Assembly: GCF_022539665.2 (NCBI RefSeq) | Contig: NC_081332.1 | Span: 6,076,001-6,140,000 of the forward strand | From: Daphnia carinata | Lineage: Eukaryota | DNA: 64,000 nucleotides | Reading direction: 5' to 3' | In this document: positions 51,801 through 64,000 of the stretch, piece by piece | How positions within the stretch are numbered: position 1 is the stretch's first letter | How the letters are laid out: every line of letters starts with the position of its first letter | Position numbers and translations under genes: made by a program | Notes under the pieces: generated by a model | The model's input: the letters and a program-made list of their open reading frames with translations, nothing else | What the model was told of the DNA's origin: nothing | Database searches by the model: none

Positions 51801-53170
51801 TTCGATTCACACCGATGCGTTGTTGAATTTTATCGGAGGCGCCTCTTTGATTTCCCACGCTCCCGCTGCCTGTCTTTTGCTCTTGGCTTCAGGTCCATTG
51901 CCTATTTTTTCCCGCTATTTCTTTTTTCACTGGGTGTGAAGTGATCGCTCTATCCACGTAAAAACATTTATAACCCCATCTTAGTACATCAGTTTGAAGT
52001 TGCATTGTTCGTCTACGTGCCACTTTTATCGACACGTTATGCAACGTTGCGGTTTTTATTTTTACTAAAAATACAATTTGTCGTATGCGATTGGCAAAGA
52101 TTTAGGAAGAAAAAGAAAGGAAATATTTTACTGGAAAACTCTTTAGAATTTTCGGCGTATATGAATTTCTGTAAGGATTAGCACTGGCCTAGCGGTACCC
52201 CATCTTTTATGCTCTTTTCGTATCGAAGGTATTTGGAACAGCTAATGCGAAACCTCAAATGTTTGGAATGCAACGCACATATAATGCAGGAAAAAAAAAT
52301 GTTTAGCAAGAAGGGTCGTTTTAACTGGGTTAAAAATTGGGCGGTTCCCTTGATGTGTCAAAGCAACCGATACCCGTATGTGCCTTTCTTGTTCTTAACG
52401 GTGTGGTCTTCTTTCTCAGATAAGTGTACAAGGTGAAAAATACAGACATTTCGCAAAGCTGGATTAGAAGGGTTGAAATGGAACGTAGATGAAATAAATG
52501 GGGGGAAGAAAAACAGGTAGCATTTTTGCTTATGTATTTAATGGCTTTCACCCCACCTGCTCAACTCACTGATTCCGTGGACGGATAGGCCGGAATTTCA
52601 GGGACTGTTGAAACGATCCGACGCATGTTTTTTTCTTTCTTTTTACTTCCTTGTCCGTCAAAACGAATGTCGTCAGTTCCTCCTCCGCAAGAACGCCCAA
52701 CTTCGGCGGAAAACCCACGAGAAAATTCAACGTAGGTACGTTCAGCCAAGGATTCGAATGCCATTGGTCGACGGCGAATGTTCTTTTTTTTCGCAGAGTG
52801 AATGGAATAGTAGGAGGCGTCAGCAAAATTTTCAGAAAAAAAAACAAACAAAACAAAATGGGATGTGGCGGAATTGTGGGATCGACCAAGTGAACATCAG
52901 ATAGCACATAAAACCTTATAGAAGTGTACGTATCTAGAGTGTGTTTGCAGTAACGTATAGTGGTGAGGGTCAGTGGGTCAGTGAGGCCAACCAGAAGGTA
53001 TATAAGTCACCGGAGAAACGGCGTACGGAACGGTCGAACTCCCAGTCGCCGGCCAAAGTCGGAGCCAGCGGGACTGTTTGAACAAAGTTCTGCTCGTTTT
53101 TTTGTTTTTAGATTTGCTTACCTTTAGAGACAGTGACGTTTCGTATATTAAAACTGATTTGACAACAAAG

Positions 53171-56100
53171 ATGAAGCTGAAAGTGAGTTTTGAAAAATGT
53201 GTTTGGTTGGTCGTTGTCATCGTTGTGGTCACCGCTAATCAACCGCAAGGCCCCGATCGAGGAAACGGAGTTCAAATTAAGACAGTCGGAAGTTCTCCGT
53301 TGATAGAAACAGGTAGTATCTCGACTTCTACGAGTGCACCGACGACGACAAAACTCAACAAACTTAGACGAGACTCGGGACTTTTTATTGACAACGACGT
53401 TGACAGCCTCCCGACCCCAGTCGAAGGCCCACCGCAGATTGAATCGGTACTTCATTCATTTTTTTTTTTTAACATCCCAATCAACCACCAACTGTTTTAT
53501 GACGCAATTTTGAAACGAGGCAGTTGTGTTTGACATTCACCACCTCAATTATTTAAACTGAATTGGTTTGATGTTGGGACTGACACATATGACCCTTAAT
53601 CTGACATGGAGAAAAAAAAACGATGTTTGATGTTCAAATGAAATCCTTTTAGGAGTTGAGTAATGAAAACTGGTTGTGGGGACTAACTTTCCTTCGAGCA
53701 CAATCGATGGCGAAATGTTAAGTTTTCATTGTATTCTATACATAGCGCCAAGGAAGACTAGCACCGTCCGGACCTGTTCAAACCCACCGTTCGAGTGTGG
53801 CGACATACACTAGTGGAAGCGGAATCAGAACGCCGCAGGGTCCCATCCGTAATCTTGGACCACGTCCACCAGCTCCTCCTCCCGGGGCCGAGGAAGGACC
53901 TTTGCCACCAGCTCCGCCTCTTGACGTCACCGGTGAGTCCTTCCCTTTGCCATTCCAGCTTTTCCGCAAAATCATCCACGTCCCTTGTAAAACGTTTTAT
54001 TTTTTACCTCCGGGGAATCCGGTTTTGAAACAATATAGTTTATTACATCCCCCATCATGACGCGAAGATCGTCCATAGCGTTTTTACAGGTTAACTGTAA
54101 TTTTCATACATTTGAGTAGGTGTGCTCCTTTGTTATAAACGTAAATGTCGAAAACCATCTTTTGAGAGTTCAAAGGCCCACTGACCTTTATTTCCGCCCG
54201 TATACTGGTCGATGCCCATATAAACGTGAATAATCAATCCATCGTTGGAATGGACGGATCGTTTTCATTTAGCAGTCGCTTATCTCAACTGAAATGGAAC
54301 AAGAAATTTTTCTTTTTGTATGGGCGAACAGAAATTCGATGTTTGAAGATGACATCTAGAGAGCGATTTTCAGCTGTTCTTGCCATGCCGGAAGACCTAC
54401 AAGGTTCTAATCCAATTTTCGAGGACAAACCGTCGATCGATCCGATCACGTCGCGAATCTGTCAGATTCAACCGGCATCGAGGACCGGCACTTTTCAGCT
54501 GGAAGTCACGAATCTGGACGCTTGCGGAGTCAAGTCTTGTAACCAGCCAGACGGGCAGGTATATGCAGCTCTTGTTGCATCAGCAACAGAATGTTGTTGT
54601 TTTTAAGATCAATCAATGATCGTTTGAATCCGAACAGCCGTGGCTCTGCTTGACTCTCCGCTTCCCAGTCTTGGCCGGCCTCAAACTGCCAGAAGATGAA
54701 ATCGTCGAGATTCGGTGCAAGCAGCAGGACCGAACAGTGGCCGAGAGGAAAGACATTGACTTTGATGGAGAGTATGTACCTTTTCGTGAACAAATTCTTT
54801 GGCCGCAGCATTCTTTTCTCGATGTGCTCTTTGCATGACAATGTTGTTCCTGATTCCATTGCTCCCTTTTTACATCTATTTGTCCTTTTCTTTTTATGAA
54901 CATCGTCTTCTTGAGAGGGCGCATCATTTTTAAAGAATTTCGACAGCTTTTGACTGATTCATTGTCGTAGCGATATGCAAGTAAGGCGAAGTATGTGTTT
55001 AAAGTTGAGGAACATTTCGCCATGGTATTCGATGTAATGTAACAACAGACACATAGAAATACGCATGCACTGATATGGCAACCTCTTTAAGCCATAAAGT
55101 GTTCTTCTTTTGTCTTGTCCGTCTTTGACCTGCGATGCATGGTGATGAGATGTAAATCGACTCCGATGTTTGAATCGTTCCTTAAATGGGCTGGTTTGAA
55201 ATCCCTTCACAATCTGACTTATTGATTCTTTTGTTTTGTTTTCATCGCCCCCGTGTAACTGCGTTCCGCGCGTATCAGCAGATTCAGTCCGCGAATCGAA
55301 CAGAAATCTCCCCTGACTTTTACTGGAGGTAAACAGGAATTTCTTTGCGAGATCGGACTCTTCCGGCGCTTGCCAGGCACGGCACTTTTCTCACAGCGGA
55401 TAGGACCGGGATCAGCAGTTGAACTGGGAGAGGAAGTTCAATTGCGCAGCATCGTGCGTTCCAATGACGGTATAATCTTCAACTTAACATTTAACTTTGC
55501 TCCTTTGTAATCGCACTGTTTCTTCTGCGTAGGATGGTTCTATTCTAAACTTACGGACGTCGTCGTCCGTCGTTTAAAAAAACAGACATCGGCCAGTGGC
55601 ACGGGAGGATCTGCCATGCTTGTATTGCAAGATGGATGTCGCAATCCAGCGTATCGGGTGAGTAAATTTTTCCATTATTGTAGCGGGATTTTTAAACGAA
55701 TTGCATTTTTAAACAAATTCTTTAGGCCATAGCGTCACAACATCCGCAGAGAGACGCGCGCTCCTCCTTGCTCAACAACTTCAACTTCCGCGTTTTCCTA
55801 TTCCAAGACATGGACGATGGAGACAGCATTGTCATTTCTGCCCGCGTATTCGCTTGCGTCGAAGCCATCGATTGCGCTCCCGTAACACTAACTCTATTAC
55901 TGTTCGACTAACGCACAATGCTAAAACCCCTTCGTCTTCTTATTTTACAAATAGACGCTATGTTCGGATGATCGCGATCAAGGTTTCGGCCGTCGGAGAA
56001 GGAGCAGCAATTGGAACCAAACGCAAATCCCTGATTACGTCCAAACCGACGGTTCGGGTAAGACCCGCGAAATCCTAATCGAACAGGTTGTCTTCCCCAA

Positions 56101-56851
56101 CGGGACGATCGCGTCCGGCTCCTCCCGACATCTCAAAGGATGGGAAACCGACCTAGCGCTTCGAGTGGCCATGCCTGGAGGTATAATGCATTCTTTATAC
56201 CAATTAGATTGATGCCTCACATTAAATTGCTTAATTAATACGGCAGAGTTCTATAGTGGAGCGAGGGCAGTGCCGCTCCATTCCCTGGAAAGCCACTGCT
56301 TCCTGTACTTGATGATGACGGTCGGCTTGGGCACTGCCCTGGGCGTGACGACTCTACTGGTCAGTATTTATTGCATCTGCACCTGTAGACGACGCGGAAA
56401 CAAATCAGACGCCACCCCCGTCGCCTCTTCACGGGCGGCCCAGCCTCCCACTGCTTCGGCCGGAGCCACTACAGCGCTGGAAACGCTCATGATGGAAGCT
56501 TGTTATCCAGAGCTACAGGTGCTGGACGCCCTGTCGCGTTCCGTCCGACAGAAAAAACAAAACGTCCACGATGAAATTATCAAACTGTACGGAGCCGCTG
56601 CTGCCGCCGCCGAATCGGCTAAGTCAGACACCCCATCCGTTGGTAATGTCTACTCGTCAGAGCCTCGTCCGAGTCTTAAGCAGGTGAAACGTCATCGACA
56701 AGAAGCGAAAGAGCGAAGGGCCAATCCGAATGTGACCACCGTTGTCGTCGGTCCTAGCGAACCGCAACGGAGAGGGCATAACGATTCTCTCTATTGGGAG
56801 ATTGGACCGAATCATCACAGTCATCAAATTCTACCACCCACTCCCGTTTGA
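53171..56851 (+). CDS. zona pellucida (ZP) domain transmembrane protein (cuticlin/apical ECM type), multi-exon
   Basis: Signal peptide MKLKVSFEKCVWLVVVIVVVTA, Pro-rich linker, ZP-N (EIRCL...ACGVKSC...WLCLTLRFP...EIRCK), ZP-C (VELGEEVQLR...LQDGCRNP...FNFRVFLFQD...ACVEAIDCAP), furin-like GRRRRS, TM helix LYLMMTVGLGTALGVTTLLVSIYCIC, cytoplasmic tail. Confidence 0.85.
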
Positions 56852-57777
56852 AAAGCTCAATCACGATTTCAATTTAAGTAAAGTGTTCATGGCCAATCCT
56901 TTTTTTCTTTAACTCATTAAGGATGAGAAGCATATGGGAAAAGGGGGACCAATGGAGGATGTTTTGATTGTTAACTCTGGGCTGTGTATACATAAGACGC
57001 AATCACAAGCTTCTCTTACGTTCCTTAATTTTTCCTTCACAAACGAAACAAAAAAAAATAATTGTATGTAAAACTTTTTCTGTTTGGGATACAACGGAAA
57101 CTGTCTTGGGCATTTGGTTTTGCTGATTTTTCCTCTCCCCCCCTGCCCCCCCCCATCTTTGATGACCTCAATTTAATTAAGACGTTTCCCATGTTTTGCT
57201 GTATTAATAGTTTTAATAGTTGCATCTCACGCTCCGTCTATTTATTTGTTTCCACACTCGCCATGATAATTTTGCATCGAAATGATTCGTACAACAAAGC
57301 AGACATGAAATACAGGATAATATTTATGAAAATTTGTATTATAACGACTGGGGACGTCAACCAACTGAAATTGGGTGCAATATAAGCCAAAAATTATGCA
57401 AAGCGTGAGAATAATGCAATGACCACTGGTGTATCGTGCATAAACACCCTTGTCATCATGTGGTTATCAAAACGGTTAACGAAGATGGAGCATCTTTTCA
57501 ATCCTAAGGTCTAAAAATTTTATTTTTTTATTATTGTATTACATAGGGTCGGGAGTGGTGAAGACCGAAGCCACATGAGGTCCTCTCGGGCTAGAAGTCA
57601 TGTCGAGATTAAAAGCTCTGGTTAACGTTCCCGGCCCGCTTTTTTGACCGTAAACACTACGGAAAGTCTGTTGAAAATTCACAGAATAAATTTTTCGTTA
57701 TTGTGGAATAGAATTATGAAGAAATTTTCTCGATTTGAATGCCAAAAATCAACGGGCAAGAGAGAATGCGAAAAAAG

Positions 57778-60700
57778 CTACAAACAACTGACCACATCGC
57801 TAACTGATCCGCTATGTCGTATCCCATAAACCGGCTCTTTGGAAGTCATGTCTCTGCTTTCCGAATATTTTGTCCAGCTCGATTGTTTTGTCCGGTAAAA
57901 AATGTAAAAAGCAACCAGCGTGATTGCTTGAAGTATAACGGCCACAACGGCAACAGCGACCAGAGTCGATTTCGGACTGCAATCACTTTGGTCATCGTTT
58001 GACGACTCTTCGTATTGGTTGAACGAAGGAGAACGCCAACCAGGCCGTCGGCGACCAGACGAGTCTTGTTCGTATCCATAATCTCTATTGGTAGATGCTA
58101 GGGCGGATGGTAGAATAGCAATACGATCTGCTTCTGGAGCCACGATCAGCTGTGATTGTAAAGGCACTTCAACTGGGATAAGATTTGGGCTGGGCTTTTT
58201 GGTCTCGGTCACCATCTCTTCAGTAGTTTCAGATGGAACAGCTAGATCGTTTCCTGGAGGAACTAAGGTAACCTCTGCGGCCGTAGTTGTAGACGCCAGG
58301 CCTTCCATTTTCATGGTTGGTATCTCTGTTGATGCTATCTCATCAACGGTGGGTTTCTCGGAAATCTCGAACGATAACAGAGCATCTGAAACATCTTCTT
58401 CGACATCTTTTGGTTGTGACAGTGTTGTCATTTCTGGTTCACTGGCATTGACTTGTCTCCTTCGGCGACCGTAAGATTCAAATCCATCGGCGCAGCGAAC
58501 CTTGGGAATAAGGTTAAAGTATTCATCTTATGTTTATAGTGATTAAAAATGATTGTAAATAGCCATACTGGTTCGCAACGCTCCTGACAGAAGCCGACAG
58601 TAGCGACGAAATTCACAGTGGCCGTTGAAGGGAACCGGAAAGCTTTGAATTCGGCAAACAAACTTTTCGTATTGCGATCGAGTTCTAACGGAGGGAAAAC
58701 ATTTTCATCTCTCGGACATCTTGAAATAACATAATGAAACAGTATTAATCAAATTCTAAAACCCTCTTCAAATAATTAATCGTAGAACATACCCAGTGGC
58801 ATCAATGAGCGTCAGCACTTCACCATTGTCTGTCCGAGCTTCGACGTTGCGGGCTGTGATACCAAAAGCCGAGTTGGGGTCAATTTCAATTCGAAGGGTC
58901 AACAACTCACCGAGTCCAACAACCCGACTTTCCTGCCCATTCCGAGATAGAATCCGCATCCGGAGAGATGGCGTCGGCGCTGTGTTAGTCACAACACTAT
59001 GTCCGAGTTGCCTCAACGGGGATCTAGCATACAGGACTCGATAAAAAATGATAATAAATCAGGTACTGAGAAAACGAAATGCGTACGTAACGTCGATGCT
59101 GCCGGGACCCACGTTATCAGTTCCGTCACGCCGGTTGCCCATCGAATTGTATGTGATGGTTTGTTCGCTGGCTTCGAACGCGCATTCAACCCGCACGCTG
59201 CTGTCCGTATCTTGCATAATCAGCGCACTGTGCTGGACGACAATGTGGTTGACGTAACGTCCCCGGGACTTGAAGCGAAAAATACTGTCAGACGACAGGC
59301 TATATTTAACGAAATCGTGACAAAATTGTTTACCTGCTGGACGGTACCGCATTGTCCGACCAAAGGGACCCTCATCACCATTTGTTGTTGTCCATTCCCC
59401 ATTTCGAAACAAGCCTTCGCAGTGATTACGAACAGAAATTACACGGATGTTTCTTTTTTTCTTTCTTTCAGTTTGCATATTGCTTTTCGTGTACCTGATA
59501 ATTCCCGTTGACGTAGACACGGCCATTGAACGGATAACCGAATGCTAAAGTGACTAGCATGTCTGTTTTGGTGCACTCTACACGCACTGGATTTTTTTTT
59601 TTCGTAAGTACATTAAAATGAATTAGTATGTCTAACTGAAATAGTAATGAAACTTGAAGATTATTTGTAATAATATACTGTTGCTGCAGGAAGATCGCTC
59701 GCTGTAGATGTAATCTCGGTCGGGAATCAAAACGTTGGCGACGTTGACTCCGCTGAACGAGACGCTGTCATCGGCGCTGAGTAAACAGACGGGCGTCCGT
59801 TTCGTCTCCGAAACGCTGACGGATTTGCAGTGGAAATCTCTTTCAGCGTCGCACATCCGCCGACATTCAGCTAATGCGATTGCCGGTGTTTGTTGCGTTT
59901 CGATAGCGATCGCACGGTCATACCAAGGTAACATCCTTCCAGACTGGTCCGCGTACTCGCAATGTGGTGGATCTTTAAGCATTAAATTTAAATGAGTTAT
60001 AATCATTGACGAGAAGTTAAGCTTTTTTTCAACCTCCAGCGCATTGATTCTCCATGTAAACAACATCGGGTGCTGTTGCCCGGAAGCTGCGCATTTGCGT
60101 CCGCCTGTTGTCCGAACTGATCCGGCAGAGCTTCTCTCGGGGTAAGTATTCGGCCGATCGACATTGAGAATTTGGCGTACGTAAACAAATTGCTTGGCAT
60201 TCTTCTTTTGAACCGATATTGCGTGACATGTGATTATCGAAACCGTCCAGCTCGTAGCCGTGTACTCGGACAAACGTCCAACTTTTGCCGCAACTAACAT
60301 CTGCCAAACAAAAGAAATGTGACAAGTCGTCTTTGAAGTGCGTTAGAATCACGAGGTTTACCAGGGATGCAGGTTTTTTCAAAGTAGACGGAATTAGGTG
60401 TGAATGAAAGGGCAGCCGAGTCAGCGGATGCGGAACGATCGAGAATGTAGCAACGCATTTTAGGCGTACCACTTGTTCCGTTTCGATTGAAGTCCGGTGA
60501 GAAACGATCGGCCATTATGATAACGGACTGACACCGTTCACGAAGCCGATCGCATTCTCGCAGACATTCCAACGTCGGACTTCCATCACCAGTCGTCCGG
60601 ACTTCTTGCCTAATTGAATGATTGTACACACGTAAAAGAATCGCATAATTTTGAATTGAAGTTATGGATCATACCTCCGTGCTCCAACGAAATCGACATT

Positions 60701-63700
60701 AACAATTTTATCGTAAGTCACGGTGCCTTTGCATCGTGCAATGCCGCCATCTGAGGAGCTGGGGAAGTTGCTATCCGCTAGTTAATATACATGTATGTTT
60801 AGAATCAAATCCATTTGACCGCAGTAAATTAAAACATTTAGTTTTGAATGTAATATCGAATGAATAAATTACTAGATAAGAACGGACGGCTAGGAACGGA
60901 GACAGTGTTGTACTGATAGCTCGGATCGTAGCCGGACGGATCGACTGGACGCCGTACACTGAAAGGCGGTACCCTGAGTACTGGATTGTTGTAATGTTGT
61001 TGCGGCGTGCCGGAACTGGCGGTATAGACGTTGTTAATCCTATTGGCGACTTGGGTGCGCGATAAAGCGGCCAGACTGACCCATCCGCCTGGGTCACCTC
61101 CTGGAGGTATACCGACGGCCTTACCGGGAAGTATCCGGTTCCCTCTGTTATTGCCACCTACGCCCAAGTGCGCTGTTTCTAATACGGGTATTTCGTTGGT
61201 GGTAATTACGGTCGAACACTCTTTTTCAGAAGACTGAGATCCTCGTTGAACCTGGGGAAAGAACAATGGAAAAATGGAAACATTGATGCTATGTCGAAAT
61301 AAACAGTTGCTTCACACCTCGTAAGCGGGCGAGGCTGAGCTGCTCATTGAGCATTGCATCAATCCGAGAACAACGTAGACAGAGTAAGAGCGGCAACGGA
61401 AATGACGTTCCGAATCACAGGCCGTCTGACAGCTAGCCGCCGTCTGGCTGGAACCGGAAACCATTCGATCCGCGTATAAAAGGTATCGGTCGGGTTGCAC
61501 CGGTGCGTAGCGACACTGGCGCGAATCTATCACGATATGTATGAAAAAAAAAATGCCACATCATTGCATTGCAAGAATTCAAATTATCTAAAAAGAATTC
61601 ATTATCTTACCTGTCGGGGCGCATTGATTCTCGATGTAGTCGTAGATCGGATTCGTTTGGAAGGCCCTCGGTTTGGTGTAGCGGTCGTCAGGGCTTAGGT
61701 AGCACTCGCGCCGATTGGTATCGTACGACGCAGAACTGGAATTTCAAACAATGATTATTCAAGTGATTCATTTTAGCTCTGTATTTTCATTTCAATCTTT
61801 ACCGACAGAGGAAGCGTCGTTCATCTAAACATTTTTCGGTACACAGCTGCCTGGAGACACCACGTATGATTTCTTGTTCAGCGCCGCGCATAAAGTAACC
61901 AGGAGTCCGTTCGGTGCTCCAAACGCTGTCGCATCCACTGGCTGCCGTCACACATGTATACAGTTGATATATTAAATTTTTACTCGTTTAAAATGAATCA
62001 GTCTATTACCTTGTAGGCAGAGAGATTCGAAATATCCGATACCGGAATTCGGTCTTAACAGAATATTGTCAGAGACATTCCTGCGCGGCATTGCCAGCTG
62101 AACGAAGGGATCAGAAAGCAACGTGCCATCATCGGATTCGATGCCCACGCAAGTCTGTTTCACCGAGTTGTAATTGATGCCTGAACAGCGATGATCGATG
62201 TTACATTTGTCTAGGCAGTCAATCAGCACGCCCGTCCGTTCGATGGCAGCCGCGGATGCTGGTCGCAAGCTCATGAATCGTGACGTGACCGCTTCGTATC
62301 CGGTCACTTTTTGATAATGCGGTCGACCGGAACTGCATTTTGACGCTAATAAACGACCACACAAAGATATGTTAATGTAAGAGTGAAAGGATTTTGTTTT
62401 TAGACTTACACGCAGGAATGCGAACAGGGGGATTGTTTTTAGGAGGCAATCTGTCCATTGAATCGCCACCAAACGAACTAAACGATGGGAATCTATTGTT
62501 ATCGTTGTTATTAGCAGCAGAAGGAAATCGTACAGTTCCTCCGCTAGTGGGGGTGATTGCTGACACGAAATCTGGCATTCCGCCGGCATCACCCAACACT
62601 CCAAATCCGCCATCTCCGGTGAAGAATGCGGCTAAAGAATCGTTTCGATTGCTTGTGTCGTCCAGCGATCTTTTTCGGCAGTTGCGCTCAGTATAATTTG
62701 TTCCAGGCCGACTCAGCAAAGCAGAAGGGCCCCCAGAAACTATTCCCATGAAAAATGAAACGAATCAAATTTAGTTAGAAATAATACATGATTTTCAGCA
62801 GGGCAATACTTCTATCATCGCTGCTGATGAAGCACTGGCCGCCGGAAGCGTAGAAAGAGTAAGCCCGGCAGGCGAATGCTCGATTGCTGTTACACTGATG
62901 CTGACACTGATTATCATCCGAGATGTTGCCCACCAACGAATCCAGATAGCGAGGGTACATGTCCACCACTGTCTCGTAAGAACACATCGTATTCCCTATA
63001 AAAAAAAAAAAAAATCGGCCCAATCATTTTATTCAAATTTATGTTAAAGTTTGTGAGTGGATAACGACAATCACCTAAGCCAACGCATTGATTCTCCAGG
63101 TATTCAACTTGACTGGGAGCGTCGACAAAGGCGTCCGGCCGAAGCCGTTTGTCACTTGAGCTCAACTTGCAGTCCAGATTCATGGTATCGTAACGGGCAG
63201 AACGACAGACGAATCGAGATTCACGCAGACACGCTTCTTCGCAATCACGGCGGGTTGCCACTAACGGAATGACGCGCTCTTCCATGCCACGCAACTCTTT
63301 ACCCGGATGCCTCTCAAACGCCCAGGCACGGTCACGACACGGACCAACGTTTCCTCTGAGGCATATTTTTTCGAAATACGACATTCCCTCGCGTATTGTT
63401 AATTCTTGAGCTCTGCCTTGACTGTTCCGATCGAGTTTAAAGCAACGGCCCTAGCAATCCCGAATGAGAACAGTGGCTCACGTTTAAATGGAGTTTGGAG
63501 GGCGGAATGAAAAGCAAAAAGAAAAAATGAAAACACACACCTGGGCATAGTCGACACTATAAGCTGGACAATCTGCACCCATCTCCAAACAGGCCCGACC
63601 GCAATCGACCGTGATTCCGCCACCAACCGAATCGCCTGGACTGGGGAGAGAACCACTGGCCAAGAATTTTACACGATTTAAAATGTCCTGTTTGGCAGAT

Positions 63701-64000
63701 CGAAGGAAATGGCCTGTAACTTTCTCGAAAGTAAAAATTCCATTCTCGCATTGACCTATGAATTTGAAAAGAAGTGACAGCGATAGAAAACAATGTCCGT
63801 TTGTAATTTGAATATCATTACTTACTGACGCTGCAGATCTTTTCCGCATAGACAGTAGATCTCGTGGAGCTTCCTGATATATTTCCTCCATCAAATTGCG
63901 ATACTATGGTCAACGACGTAATTAATAAATTCTAGTTGTAACCTAGAATGAATATAGCTTAGATAAAAAAAAAAAAAACAGTACCGGTGACAGATGATTG
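57778..64000 (-). CDS. PAN/Apple-repeat plus ZP-domain transmembrane protein (NompA/trynity/neo-like family); 5' end beyond the window
   Basis: Multiple PAN modules (WAFERHPGKEL...CEEACLRE..FVCRSARY; CxxxCxxxxxFxCRSY), a ZP domain (LGELLTLRI...LIDATGCP...FKAFRFPSTATVNF...FCQERCEPV), furin-like GRRRR, a Thr-rich stalk, and TM helix LVAVAVVAVILQAITLVAFYIFY. Confidence 0.9.

Overview
Eukaryotic, AT-rich, gene-dense genomic DNA with many short (~60-100 nt) GT-AG introns. It looks like an arthropod, most likely a branchiopod crustacean such as Daphnia; this is inferred from intron size and gene content, not verified. Left to right: (1) two tandem minus-strand copies of a gene fusing an IRE1/RNase L-type kinase fold with degenerate catalytic motifs to a caspase with intact catalytic motifs. 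One copy is complete (about 735 aa after splicing by hand); the other runs off the left edge. (2) A small TNF-receptor-like Cys-rich single-pass protein and an intronless type II C-type lectin. (3) A block of conserved genes: CLN3, KMO, UFC1, a long Flattop/CFAP126-like gene, an NHLH/HLH4C bHLH, TMEM223, an intronless ataxin-3-like Josephin gene, NFX1/shuttle craft and CNTD1. (4) A ~5.7 kb imperfect palindrome just upstream of CNTD1, with tRNA-derived sequences at its centre and a near-identical hairpin-rich GC block in both arms. (5) A cytoplasmic-type actin, ~12 kb without recognisable coding sequence, and two convergent ZP-domain genes, the second a PAN/Apple-ZP protein truncated at the right edge. 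The best candidate for an undescribed system is the pseudokinase-caspase fusion and its neighbourhood. All exon coordinates were read by eye and may be off by a few bases.
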